Shown here one piece after another: positions 26,181 through 39,915 of a stretch of 64,000 nucleotides of DNA (positions are counted from its first letter, which is position 1; the number at the start of each line of letters is the position of its first letter). The notes under the pieces were generated by a model. That model saw only the letters and a program-made list of their open reading frames with translations, did no database searches and had not been told where the DNA came from. The position numbers were made by a program, and so were the translations under genes. This stretch comes from Octopus sinensis (Eukaryota): assembly GCF_006345805.1 (NCBI RefSeq), contig NC_043003.1, positions 60,450,001 through 60,514,000 on the forward strand, given 5' to 3'.

Positions 26181-26227
<47 letters not shown>

Positions 26228-26476
26228 CCTCTTCCTTAATACACAGAGATATTTATATAATATATATATATATATTATGTTGCTGTGTTTATTATATATG
26301 TTGATTAATTAATAAATTAATTTGTATCCATTTTCTGACTCAATAACAATGTTTTATAGTTTACGATATTCTATATAATATATTCATTGAAGAATTTTCT
26401 ATTCAAAATTGAATATATTAAACCTATGTATCTTGGATAAATATCCCGATACGAGCTTGAATATCCTCATTGTGAT

Positions 26477-26544
<68 letters not shown>

Positions 26545-26559
26545 TAGATAGATAGATAT

Positions 26560-26642
<83 letters not shown>

Positions 26643-27837
26643 GAGATAGATGGATATGCATATACATATATATGTATTTATTCATATATAATATATATTC
26701 ACATTCATATACTCGTACATGTATGTATGTATATGTATGTGTGTATATATATGTGTTTATATGTATAAATATATAAATATGTGTATGTATGTATGTATAT
26801 ATATATTGTTTGGTTTTTATTGAAATTGTTAGCACAGTTCAGTTTCTCTTTCGTTTAGCAAACGCAAAAATGGAATATTTTATCTCCACCTTCCCATGTT
26901 TAAAGAAGCTCTTTATTGCATTTACTCAGGGATGAATATGATATGACTCAGTCACTGAGGTTCTGCAGCTTCTAAACGAGTAAAAACTGTGTTCGTGGGA
27001 GTTTTAGGCGTTTTATTATTTTTTTTTCGACCAGTTACTTTTGTTTCTTTATATAGCATCCACTAAGTCCTTTCTATGATCTCCTCCCTCGTTGCTTTGT
27101 ACTAGCGATAACAGCAGTATATAACTCATCGATTGAATGACCAGAGAAATGTGGTAAGGAGAGAGAGAGAGAGAAAAAAAAGCGAGAGATAAAAAAAAAA
27201 TTCTAATATAAAATAAAATAATGTTAGTCAGTGAAAGAAAAAATAGGAAAGGTCAGAAGTAATGAAAAAGAAACCTTCATAGAGACGAGTTAAAAAACGT
27301 GAATGGCTATGAAACTATAATTGCATTGCATACAGAAAATTTGTTAGAAAGTCGTGTGAATGAGTGACAAGGAAATATCTAGCTCAGGTAAATATCTTAA
27401 CATTGAGTTGTAAGTCTATTGTTATACTCAGCAATGAAACTTCCATTTATAGGTTCAACCATTTCAATAGATAATAATAAACAAAATAAGCTACAGCAAT
27501 GAATAAGACGAGATATCCAGAAAGAAGAGTCATTTGCAAAACTCCATGGAAAGGTTTATAAAATGCCGTTCCCAACATAGTATATTATACGGTAGCTCTT
27601 TCGTAAGTCCTAATCTTTTTCTTTATATTCTGCAACTTACCATTTTTTTCTTTATATCTATATTTTTATTTAGACATTTTCTTCTGATTTCTCCGAGTTA
27701 TCAATAGTGTGGACGCAATACTGTATAACAGCTTTCATTAAATAGCTTGTCATCATAGTAACTTGTATTCTTCTTCATTAATTGTGGCAGGAAATTGACA
27801 AGCATATTATTCTGTAATAATAAAGTTCAAAACTCAC

Positions 27838-27850
27838 TAACGGCCGCCAT
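27838..27850 (-). CDS. Candidate first coding exon (MAAV, phase 1) of an unidentified minus-strand gene
   Basis: caacATGGCGGCCGTTA|GTGAGT: YY1-like motif over the ATG and a strong donor; downstream exons not securely identified. Confidence 0.4.
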
Positions 27851-27959
27851 GTTGTGCAAGGCAAAGGGAAATGCTGTCGTATTTTCTATAGAAAATACAC
27901 ATTAGACAGAGTTCCTTTAAAAGAATCCATTTTCGAAAAAAAGTGAGCAACTTTTCTCT

Positions 27960-27993
<34 letters not shown>

Positions 27994-28200
27994 TTTATTT
28001 ATTTATTTTTTTCACTTTATACCGCAATAAGTGAACAATAGCGTCGTTGATGTTGGTGTCCAACGGTCAGTCATTGGTTCGATGAATTTCTGACAACGGC
28101 ACTGACAAGGGAGTGTCTGTCAATTGATGAACAACAAATAATTCAGAAGTCATCGCTCGAAAAGTTCCAATATTTATTTCCTTCGTCGGTGAAAGATATA
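27851..28200 (-). promoter_or_regulatory. Candidate 5'UTR/promoter
   Basis: Unique, locally CpG-containing sequence with a CCAAT box (attgg near 28072) and TGACA motifs upstream of the candidate ATG. Confidence 0.3.
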
Positions 28201-28304
28201 TTCATGTGCATCATATTTATGCACGCGCACGTGTGTTTGTTTGTGTAAGTGTATGTGTGTGTGTGTGTGTGTGCAGGTATGTATGTAAGCATGTATGTAC
28301 GTGC

Positions 28305-28366
<62 letters not shown>

Positions 28367-28406
28367 ACGTATATATATATGTAGATGTATATATATATAT
28401 GTATAC

Positions 28407-28524
<118 letters not shown>

Positions 28525-28548
28525 TATATGTATATCTGTGCACAAGGC

Positions 28549-28582
<34 letters not shown>

Positions 28583-29679
28583 TACAGCTGTATTATATAT
28601 TTCTGGCGAGTTAAATAATAATGCCTATAAACACTCACTAGTTATTCCTCTATATTTTTCCCCTCAATATTTTCCATGACATTAAAACAAAGCAATCTCA
28701 GTAGGCGTATATTTGCAAATGTTTTTAATCTTTAACAGATTTTTAATCAGTTATATTGTGGGGAAATATATATAGACAACCAACAACCATTGAGTGAGTT
28801 TATATGCTTCGTTTAATAACTCTTATTTAAAATATATCAATATTGGTTTCAATTCACACTTTTAGAGCAAATTCGAAATCGATACTCACATGTGTAACAA
28901 TTAGAAAAAGTTGGATTTAAAGGATCTGTGACATTCACAGTAAGCTCTACATTTGGAATCGGCTATCAGTGTATTTAGTAATCATTTGCCGTGTAAGGGA
29001 AAATACAGGAAATCTAAACAATAAATTTTTACCCTAGGGATAAATAAACATAATGTCAGGAGATGCGAGTGGTTAATAGAGATTTATTTTTTCTATAAGA
29101 GTTCACGCGATTACAGTCCTTTAGTAACCTTCATCATGAAGAAATTCTCTTGTCGAAGACGGCGTACGTGAAAAAATGATTTGCTTAGAGTGATCAAATG
29201 TCTGTGCTGCACTTTAGTTCACTCTCTCTGTCAAATCGACGTTGTCTGAACAGGGACACGGTGTGTCACGCGTCAGGTACCGAAATGATCGTAGGGCAAC
29301 ATACATTTCGACATGCGCAATTTTACGTACCATGAAATTAGAGATATTTGTGTAGTGAAAACAACTGATCAAATTGGTAGAATTTTTAGAGTGCAGGATG
29401 GTCTGTCCCACGGTATTTTTCTAACTCATTGCACACTGAAATAAACTAAGCTTTCATTATTTTGAGGTCGGTACGAAACGATTACGAGATACAACTCAGT
29501 AGTTTAGCGACATGTTTTAGCAGAGGCAGTTATAACTTCTAGATTAACGTAATTTTAGTACATGGTTACGATACATCTTATAAGCAGACCTGCCAACTTT
29601 TGTTATTGCAGATTGAAGGAGTCGGCTGTAACGCCATTTTGAATGCACCTTACTAATACTGCTTGTCACAGCTGAGTAG

Positions 29680-30393
29680 TTTGCAGAATGCAGTTTGGAC
29701 AATCAGAAGCTCATTGTGCAAAAAAGTTTTCTGTTTAATTATGCCAAAACGCTGCAGAAACTTCTTCAGACTACTTATGGATTAACATTTTCACTGGCAT
29801 AAGGGGCTCCGGGGCGGCAGAAAGGAAACAGTAGACGATGTGAAGAGTGGGAGGAAGAAGGACGTCAGATCATCAGTCAGAATTGGATGAGAACAGTCGC
29901 AATTTTCTGGATGAAGTCCGTTGTGTCTTTGAAGACAATAAACATACAATTTGGAGTTGGTATCGCAACTGCACACAATTATTCATGAAGATCTGGACAT
30001 GTACAAAATTTGAGCAAATTTTGTTCCCAAATGCTCAGTGATGAGCATGCTGGTAACCAATTTCTTGACAAAGATTGGCATCAAGACTGTCACTTACTTT
30101 CCTTGCAATTCAGCCCTTTTTCATTGCAACTTTCGTGTTGTTTTTATTTCTTTATCCTAGCTGATGGAAAGCTCGGGGGCAGTAATTTTGAAGATGAAGG
30201 AGACTTTGACAAGGGTCCTGGACGCCTTCACTTCAAACGATTTCTATGGGACTTGTAAGAAGTAGCTGGAGTGCTACAACAAGAGCACTGAAGTCAAAGG
30301 ACCTTACATTGAAGAAGATTAGAGTTTTGTACTTCTTTCAAATTAATAAATAACTCTCTTGAAAAAGTCTGAAAACTTCTGGAATGACTCTTG
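29680..30393 (+). mobile_element. Internally deleted mariner transposon remnant
   Basis: Frameshifted fragments match mariner transposase N- and C-termini (KNAAET..QTTYG; NFLDE....LKTIN; QFGVGIATAHTIIHEDL...FVP; EDEGDFDKGPG and flanking frames); TIR-like gaaaaagtctgaaaacttctggaatgactcttgta at the right end; DDD core missing. Confidence 0.8.
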
Positions 30394-30619
30394 TACCAAT
30401 TTCAGGCCTTAAACTGGGTTCAGTGCTGTACTTATTCCGGTCCTTTATGTTCTGGTTGCAAATCCTCCCATGTCCTATTTCGGTGAATGACTTAATCATT
30501 CGCCTCCCCCATTTACTGCCACCATTTGGCACTAGAAGTACTTTGAGTGGGGTCTAATCTGTTGCAATTGAATGCGTATGTATTAGGCAAATATGTATGT
30601 ATTAGGCAAATACAGAAGG

Positions 30620-31432
30620 TTATCCCAGACATGATGTTATCATCTTAGCCCTTGTCAGCAAAGTATACTCTTCTCTGTATTTAACAAAGTAGTCGTAAGA
30701 GCCTCTCAAGAGATTGGAACAGCAGGTCTTCAGAGAAGAAGCCTCCTTCCTTAGGCAAGCCTATATTCTTTAAGGAGTCGGGCTGCATTCATGCCATGAC
30801 TCCTGGGTGCACTACCGCTGTTACTTTAGCCACATTTATATCGGAGACTTGCGCATTTAAACCGCTTGGAGATTTCATCTAGTTGTAACTTACCTCTGTT
30901 AACTCAGCTTTCCAGCATACTTGAAGAAGAAATAACGTTGGTTGTCATGGTAGCAGTGTAACGCTATCACAATAACTCACTCAGATAAGTAGAAGTACAA
31001 AATTGTAACGTGGGGATGTAACATATTAGCATATTTAAAAGCAGATATCATTACAGATAACTTCAGCGAATCAGCATGTTTGGCTACAAAAGAATGTTGC
31101 TCACTTGCACCTATTATACTTTCCTTCAAATATATTTATAGTACCCCAGATTTTGCAGTAGCTAAAAAAACATACGTTACATATAATCTATCTTCAGTAG
31201 TACAACTAATTCGTAATACACTATTTACAAAAGTATAATGCAGATAAAAAAGGTTACGTGAACTCTCTTCGAAATACTGCACCTGCTGGTTCCATATACT
31301 TGTAGAAACTTTTGTCAGCTCTACGAATAAGCGGAGGCTCTTCAGGTATTCTTCACGTGCCAGCTTTGCTTCCACATTTATATCAACAGCTGAATTGTTG
31401 TCACATTATTCCAGTTGCCATTTGCAATTCAT
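30620..31432 (-). pseudogene. Phase-consistent 3-exon coding-like model (31432-31258, 30919-30894, 30760-30620) with one in-frame TAA
   Basis: MNCKWQLE*CDNNSAVDINVEAKLAREEYLKSLRLFVELTKVSTSIWNQQVQYFEESS-LCWKAELTE-ACLRKEASSLKTCCSNLLRGSYDYFVKYREEYTLLTRAKMITSCLG*; upstream CAG|GTAAGT donor at 31653 and polypyrimidine acceptor at 31445; no family recognised. Confidence 0.25.
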
Positions 31433-31834
31433 TCTTTTTTTTTTCTTTAAGCAAAAAGATGAGAATTTTCGATAAAGCAAAATAGATGAGAAGGAAAAAA
31501 AATTATGCATAACCCGAAGCAAAATTCGTTGCATACGGAAAGCTGAGGATCTTTTAAAAAAAATATTGTTTGCGTCATTTTTTTTCCTTTTTCATGCGGT
31601 TAGCGAAAACGTGTAGAACACATCAATTTTAAGAAGACTATCTATTTACTTACCTGGTGATTATTAATAAGAAAGTAGTCAGTAGGCCTTAATTCATCAT
31701 AAATATTAATTACAAATATGAGTTTAACTTTATGTTTTGGCGACGTATTCATTCGAGATCGTTTCACTTATATACACTGTTCCCAAAAATATTTTGTTCT
31801 TGTAGTTGTTGTTGTTGCTGTTAGTATTACCTAG

Positions 31835-32225
31835 TTTTTTTTCTTTCAGTGGTTTCAGTTATTTGACTGCGGTCATGCTGGAGCACTGCCTTGAAGAATT
31901 TTAGTCGAGAAAGTCGACCCCTGATTTTATTGTGTTTTGAAGTTTGGTACTTATTCTATCGGTCTCTTATGCCGAACCCCTAAGTTATGGGGGGATGTAA
32001 ACGCACCAACACCGACCATTAAGTGATGGTGGAGAACAAGCACACAGATATACACATATAAATATGACGTGCTTCTTTCAGTTTCCGTCTACCAAATCCA
32101 CTCACAAGGCTTTGGTTGACCCGAAGCTATAATAGAAAACACTTGCCCAAGGTGCCACGCAGTGGGACTGAACCCGGAACCATGTGGTTAGGAAGCAAGC
32201 TTCTTACCATACAGGCACACGTGTG
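31835..32225 (-). mobile_element. CORE-type SINE
   Basis: Reverse complement of the 23090-23495 family. Confidence 0.8.
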
Positions 32226-32723
32226 CCCATATTGTTGCTATTTTTATCATCTAATTTATTTCTCACCAATGTCTTATCAATGCCGCCGGTACGTCTAAGA
32301 TTTGTTATATTATTACTGGTATTGACACTGCCAGCACTTTGGGTGGGATTGATAAAATAAATATTACTAGAACACAGGGGTCGATATAATAGATTCACCC
32401 CGTCCTTGAAATATTACTGGATTTGTGCCAAAATTTGAGGCCATTGGTATTGTTGCTAAGTTTTCATCATTTTTCATTATTATAACATTTGCAATCATTA
32501 TCCTACTTCCTACCTTTCTAAGCAACATAAAATATATCCTATTCGCACAATATAAAGAAGTACGACATAATGATATTCTAATGAATTGCCACTTCGATAT
32601 TTTTTACATAATATAATATGTAATTTTCCACATGGAATCATTTGCATGCAATATGATTATTAACGTTGTGCTATATTCTTTGTCATCTTACATTCACTGT
32701 ACGTACGTACGTATGTATGTGCC

Positions 32724-33620
32724 ATTATTTAGTTTTATTTCAAGATTTTCTGCCAATAGAGAAAGAGCCGGTTTCTAACCTAGATCCAAGGCTCCTTCAT
32801 TGGAATTTCAACATCAACGGCAGGATGTTTTGTTTGTTTGTTTGTATGTATGTATATGTGCATATTTGTATGTTTTATTTCATGTACGTATTCACATGCA
32901 TATTGTTGCTTACTTAGACTTGCACATATATATTTAAATGATAAAATTCTGAAAAGTTGTACAAATTTTTACAGTTCCAGTGACGGATTAGATCTGTAGT
33001 CTTCGAATTAGCTTTCCTCTTTTTAGTTTTGAGAAGCATAATTTCTCAAGATTGGTATTTTGGCAGTGCGTTACATATCCCAGGGACCTAATAATTATAG
33101 ATATAAACCTGAACTTATAATTTGGAGAGAGTAACTGCAGATTTCTCAAAAATTCAGCGTAGGTATTCTTTTCTTCACTGATCTTCAGCTTTACAACATC
33201 CGCTGGGCAGCTAATTTCCACAACTGTGCACAGTTTTTCTTCTCCATCCCAAATCCTTATATCAGGTCTGTTGTGCTTACATTTTAGTGAGGTTTTCACT
33301 GGAGCATTCCACCAGTACTCCTTTTCATTATGAGTGTCTATGGTTTCTACCATACTGTGAGTTTTTATTTCTTTGTCCTCGAGGTTATACTTTCGACAGA
33401 TTTCAGATTTCATTACAGAGTGTCCTAGCTACAACATCATGTTCCATCGGTAGGTAATGCCATGATGACTTTTTTAAAGAACTACTTATGATGTGGATGA
33501 TATCTCCGGTGTTAACTCCACAAAGTCTGCATCGGTTGTCACATTTTACTGCGTTTTCCGCATATTTATTCCTTTTGTGCATCAGGTATTTGGCTGATAT
33601 TTCTTGTTCCTGGATTGCAA
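32724..33620 (-). pseudogene. 5'-truncated RLE-type non-LTR retrotransposon (R4/Dong-like)
   Basis: AIQEQEI...CRLC-x8-H-x4-S (decayed CCHC knuckle)...HDVV; then HNRPDI...VVEISCP (PD-(D/E)xK nuclease)...SLGYV; 3'UTR to about 32724. Confidence 0.85.
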
Positions 33621-33626
33621 TGTATG

Positions 33627-33657
<31 letters not shown>

Positions 33658-33691
33658 ATACGACCGTATGTATATACGTACATATGTATAT

Positions 33692-33725
<34 letters not shown>

Positions 33726-33787
33726 CGAATATACATAAATACGTAATATATATATATATATATATACGAATATACATAAATACGTAT

Positions 33788-33836
<49 letters not shown>

Positions 33837-33885
33837 GAATATACATAAATACGTACATATATGCATACATGCAGAGTGGCGAGCT

Positions 33886-34105
33886 GGCAGCAACGTTAGC
33901 ATGACGGGCGAAATGCTTAGCGGTATTTCGCCTGCCACTACGTTCTGAGTTCAAATTCCGCCGAGGTCGACTTAGCCTTTCATCCTTTCGAGGTCGATTA
34001 AATAAGTACCAGTTACGCACTGGGGATCGATGTAATCGACTTAATCCCTTTGTCTATCCTTGTTTGTCCCCTCTAAGTTTATCCCTCTGTGGGCAATAAA
34101 TAAAT
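33886..34105 (+). mobile_element. tRNA-SINE, 'A' tail
   Basis: Near-consensus head, core and tail. Confidence 0.9.
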
Positions 34106-35388
34106 ATGTACATGGTCGTTGTCTACTCCTTATGCAGAGTTTGCCCATCTTTAGTACATACACCTTAGCAACATTATGGCATCTGATGTGGCTTTTCTAA
34201 CCAATGTTCTGGAAAAGCACCCACATAGATTGCACCTCCGATTTTGGACCACCAAGCGCTACTGTTGAGCTACATACATACATACATACATACATACATA
34301 CATACTACATACATACATATATACATACGTACAGATAGATATACATACATACATATATGTATGTATGTATGTATGTATACATACACATATGTATATGTAT
34401 ACCAATGTATGTATGTACGTACGTGTGTATGTACGTATGCGTGTATGTACGTATGTATGTGTGTATGTATGTATGTACGTATGTATGTATATATGTATGT
34501 ATGTTTGTATGTATGTATTTATAAATGTATGTATGTATATATGTATTTATGTATGTATGCACGACGGTTTCCAAGAATGTTCTCGTCTGGTTACATTCAC
34601 ATGAAGACATTGAAGAACGCACGATAACAGTACTAGACATAGCTGCCCAAATATACTTTATGATAATGTTCTTATATTTCTGTAGAAGCCTCTCTGTTCT
34701 TTGGTGTCCTCTCAATAAACGTACAATTTCTCCATAAAGAAAACAAAGATGACTTCGTGAATGAGCCAATCACCTCATCCATTCGATTTGAAAATGCAGA
34801 GTATTTCTTTTAATTGCATCTTTCCAAGTTATTATAGTAATTTTTATTTCATGCAAAATTTGTAAAAGGTGGACAGAACACCCGACCTCGATTAAATCTG
34901 AATTCAGAAATGTGACGTAGTCATTTATATACCGTAAAGCAGGTGGTCCGGTCTTTTACAATCCTCTATGTTGCGAGAAACAATTTTGTTATTATTTCTT
35001 TCGCATTTCAGCTTTCTGAAATCATCCAGAAATATATTATATAACGTAAAAATCAAAACCAGAATTGATGCTATAATAGAGAATTATCTGCCACTGTCAT
35101 TGCACCCTCGTGGTATCAGATAAAAGGGACACGCAATCTACGAAGGAAAGAAATAAAAACAGCTAAAATTCCGCATGAGAATCATTGATGTATAGTAATA
35201 CGGGTTCCATGCCTTTGGGCTTATATTACGTGTATGTTAAGAATGATAATGTTTGAGCTACTTAGTGCACAGCAGTATCTCAGACTGAGTTATCTTGCTT
35301 TAATATTTCAAGCGACTCAGTAAATTCGTGGGTGTTTTCTTGCCTCAACAAAGACTATAATTGTTATTCTAACGTATAGACACCGAAC

Positions 35389-35390
<2 letters not shown>

Positions 35391-35469
<79 letters not shown>

Positions 35470-35508
35470 CATTATCATCATCATCATCATCATTATTATT
35501 ATTATTAT
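35391..35508. repeat. (TTA)n/(TCA)n microsatellite
   Basis: Direct inspection. Confidence 0.95.
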
Positions 35509-37046
35509 GTTCTCTGACGGTGGGCCATTGCATTGAATATATTTTCTAAAGTATATAGGTGAACGATACCAAATTGCTGTACGTACTTACATATCAGTGG
35601 ACTCTTGATGTAAAATCTTGTCTAGTCCAAGTCAACGCGAAGTCACTGGCAAGATACCAGTAATTAACCTCACAACTAGTTTAGAACTTCATTGAGTCGT
35701 CCATTTTGTGCCTCTTTGTCTACGAAGTGATTATGTGATTATATTAGTTTACACTGACTCAACTCTTAAACTTGATACAAACTATTTTTATAAGGTAATA
35801 CCTAATTGTTCTGTGAAGGCATTCTCAGCTCTTTAAATTCATATTTAATTCTGCATACCTCATTTCACTTTAGTACACAGACAGATGCTAGATCCTAGAA
35901 TAACAACTTCATTAGTCTGGCCCCATTTTTCAACGCATTACTTTCTAGATTTAATAGAACATGACCGAACTACACACTGCACAGATGGATTGCATCATTA
36001 GTAGCATATTTAAACAAATATCTGCTGGATGAAGGCCTTAATTGTCAATCCCAAAGACATTGAGCTAAGTTGCTGATTCTGTCATTTGATGTGCAATTAG
36101 AGCAGAATCCTTTCATCACTTATAAAGAAATTCGTCAATGAGTTTGACAGTCTCCTTACTGTCACTATAGGCTAATTTAAGGGTCGAGGGCTTTTCTGCT
36201 CTTTTGAGCAAACGTTTTTATTTGTTGTTGGTTTTTGTTCGCCCGACCTATTTTTTTTTCAAGTCTTTATTTTGATGGAGTATTTTACATATTTTATGTA
36301 TAAAGATTATGACGTCTGATTTTATTTATTTTCTACTTCACTCTTGTTTCTGTTGATCTTAAAGCTATGACCTTCATCACGAATTTGAAGAATCATTCTA
36401 CCCTTCAGGGAAGCTGAAACTCGTTTATTTGTTTCAGGGAAACCTTCCAGCAGAAAATACACAGACATTGCCAATAATTAATTACATCCAATAACGACGA
36501 AAATATCAAAACTTTATGGAAATGAGATTTCACATAAATCTTAACGAAAATGAAAAACTAGATCAAAGAACAAAACTAATCTGAAAAAACAAAAATGAAA
36601 ATAAACATCGGAAAATGCAAAACAAATTACTTTTTCAGAATTTCAACGGAAAATCTCATGACCATAGTAAATAAATTATAACAAAACTTGCAACAGTTTC
36701 TGCATTCTTTTGAAAAAATAGTTTGGCGACATTCTATAGTTTGGTAGAAAGTATTTATATATAATTGTATGTATATATGTGTGTGTGTGTGTAAATATAG
36801 TATATTCCATAAAAACGGCTTTATTTTGCTCATCAAATATATTTGAAAATCTGAGATAGTTGTATGACAAATTACACTTGTAGAACCACATATTAAACAC
36901 AAAACAAACTCGCAGACAACTTCACACACACACACACACACACAACAACAATTATTCATACATGGGAGACATATATAGATAGGAGTATACATAAATATGA
37001 ATATAATTACATACACGCGCACACACTCATGCACATATCATATACG

Positions 37047-37091
<45 letters not shown>

Positions 37092-37234
37092 TGTTTGCAT
37101 GTGTGTGTGGGAACATACATAAGTACATCATATACACATACATAAACAGATGAGAAATAACTGTATATTGGATTATTTATTAATAATGATGTATAATGAA
37201 ATAAATTTGGTAAATGTCATCGAAATGAGAGTTT

Positions 37235-37249
37235 GCTGCCCTCTGGCGA
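37235..37249 (-). promoter_or_regulatory. CTCF-like binding motif
   Basis: Minus strand TCGCCAGAGGGCAGC. Confidence 0.3.
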
Positions 37250-37731
37250 TGACCTATCTCCTTAATTACATGCTACCTATATAGAAGAGTAAAACAACTT
37301 CGACGGTCCTTCTGGTCAACGGTTATCCCATATACAGCAAGTTAAAGGTGTTATGGTGATGCTTAATCAATATTTAGACTTCAAATTTGTTTATGAGTCA
37401 AAGTAAACAGAATCTCACAAGCCTCCAGATTCAGATAAAACTTGACCGCATTTCTTAAATCTTGGCCATAAACATGTGTGTGTATATGTGTGAGTGCGTG
37501 TTTACATATATACATGTATAGTTATACGTGTGTCTATGCATATATATATACTTATGTAAGTATGTACGTATGTATGTATGTATGTATGTATGTATGTATA
37601 TATATATATATACTTATGTACGTATGTATGTGTATATATATATGCAGCATATATATATAAATATATATATGTATATATATATAGATATATGTGTGTGTGT
37701 GTGCGTATGAGTGCGTATATTGGTGTCTGTG

Positions 37732-37768
<37 letters not shown>

Positions 37769-37793
37769 TATATATATATATATATATATATGC

Positions 37794-37853
<60 letters not shown>

Positions 37854-37929
37854 GGATGGATGGATGGATGGATGGATGGATGGATAGAGAGAGAGAGAGA
37901 CAGAGAGACAGAGAGAGTTAGTGAGACAG

Positions 37930-38140
37930 AGATGGCTTCACAATCCTTACGCTGCCGGAGAAAATGCTAAATGGCATTTCTTTCGGTTTTATGTTTCGAG
38001 CCCAAATGCTTCCGAGGTCGATTTTCCCTTTCATCCTTTCGGAGTCAAGGAAATAAGTACCAGTTGAGCGCTGGGGTCAATATAATCAATTGATCCTCTC
38101 TACTAATATGTGAGGCTTTGAGCCTATAGAATAAAGGGTT
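37930..38140 (+). mobile_element. Diverged tRNA-SINE
   Basis: Head and core remnants with a B-like tail. Confidence 0.65.
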
Positions 38141-38221
38141 TTTATATATATATTTAGATAAAAAATATATATCTGTTCCTTTGTGATCTGTGCGTGTGCT
38201 TAATTCAAAAATCACAAATTA

Positions 38222-38257
<36 letters not shown>

Positions 38258-38318
38258 GCCTTCTCTTAATTCCATTTAATATTATAACTTAGCAGAATAT
38301 GAGCGCATGGGAGGAAAT

Positions 38319-38578
38319 GAATAATAAAAAAATAAATGCGCCCTTTTAAAGCCTAGCCAGGCTCATGGGCCCGGTTTCCCGGTTTCCATGGCGTATGTTT
38401 TCCCCAGCTGGATGGGACGCCAGTCCATCGCAGCGTTACTCATTTTTGCCAGCTGAGTGGACTGGAGCAACGTGAAATGAAGTGTTTTGCTCAAGAACAC
38501 ACCGCGTCGCTCGGTCCAGGAATGGAAACCACAATCTCATGATCATGATGCTAACACCCTAACCACTAAGCCACGCGC
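38319..38578 (-). mobile_element. Full-length V-SINE-like element with 13-bp TSD
   Basis: TSD catgggaggaaat at 38306-38318 and 38579-38591; closely similar to 6091-6341. Confidence 0.9.
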
Positions 38579-38763
38579 CATGGGAGGAAATACTTAGCTA
38601 TATTGCTTTTATCTCATTATGTTCTAGGTTCGTATGGACCCCTTTGAGTTGTCCATAAAATAAAGCATCCGTCAAGCCCTGGGGTTGATGCAATCGACTA
38701 ACCGACTCCCTAAAATTTCAGACCTTGTCTTGATAATAGAAAGAATTGTTACTATTATTCGAC

Positions 38764-38849
38764 TGGCACTCAGTTTATCGACCCCGAAAGGAATAAAGGC
38801 GAAGTCGACTTTGTCTTTCATCCTTTCGGGGTCGATAAATTAAGTACCA
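38764..38849. repeat. 86-bp palindrome made of two SINE cores joined at AAGTC|GACTT
   Basis: 43-bp arms, 36/43 complementary, no spacer. Confidence 0.85.
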
Positions 38850-39714
38850 TTGGAGTACTGGGGGGTCTCTGTAAGGGACTTAACTCCTTCCCTAATATTT
38901 CAGGCATTGTGCCAATAGCTGAAAAGATTGTTGGTGTTGTTATTATTGTTCTTTTTTCGTCACCCGCACGATGCCATTTGCTATGAGAGTATAATCAGAT
39001 TTTAGGATACGTGGTTATAGCTTTCTCTGAGAAGTCATTGAAATTTCTCGATCGTGTAAATTTTGATGCCTCAAGTTATAGATTTCCGAATCAATATTTC
39101 ATTATCTAAGATAACGAGCTAAATAACTGATTCTGGTTATTGATAGCTTGGATATTTGCAAAGTCTTTCGTTGCTTAGCAAATGTGATTTACAAGGCCTT
39201 TCAAAGGATAGAATCCCTTTATTGGAAGAGTCATCTTACCAGAGCAGGGAAATTCCAGGCTGTGTATTCATGTTGGTTTTCAAGTGAATTAAACTAGATG
39301 ACCTTCCTGTGTGTAGTTTATTCTGATGTAGTGCCATTGAGATGTACTCTACATGAACATAGTTCTAGCTAACTCATCGCCATAATAGGTAGAAGCCCTG
39401 TTTTATATATACTTGTTTAGGAATTGATCGAATACTCTCTACCTTGCATCATTGGTAATATATAATCTCTCACTGGAAAGATATTCTCTCACAGCTTTGA
39501 ATTTTTAATTCAGTTTTTATTCCGCATTGAATACTGTAACATGAACCCTAAGATGACTTATTTACCAATATAACGAATTTTAATATAAATACAAGTGTAA
39601 AAATATTCGCACGGAATTGAATATATTATATTTAGTACAGGAAACAAAAAATATAAAGCACATCAAGTTTTGTGAGTAATGTCTCGTATCCGTGGGGCCC
39701 AGAGGAATCCCATA

Positions 39715-39915
39715 GAGAGAGAAGAAAGAAAGAAAGAAGGAAAGAAGGAAGGAAGGAAGGAAGGAAAGAAAGAAGGAAAGAAAGAAAGAAAGAAAGAAGG
39801 AAAGAAAGAAAGAAAAAAAGAAAGAAAGAAAGAAGGAGAGAAAGAGAGAAGGAAAGAAAGAAAGAAGGAAGGAAGGAAAGAGAGAAGAAAAGAAAGAAGG
39901 AAGGAAGGAAGGAAT
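39715..39915. repeat. (GAAA/GGAA)n purine tract
   Basis: Direct inspection. Confidence 0.95.

Noticed and set aside
31646-31660. acttacctgg resembling the U1 snRNA 5' end
   Set aside because: No downstream U1 sequence; better read as the reverse complement of a CAG|GTAAGT donor
39240-39271. ATG...CTG|GTAAGA as an alternative first exon
   Set aside because: Phase 2, incompatible with the other candidates, and no promoter features
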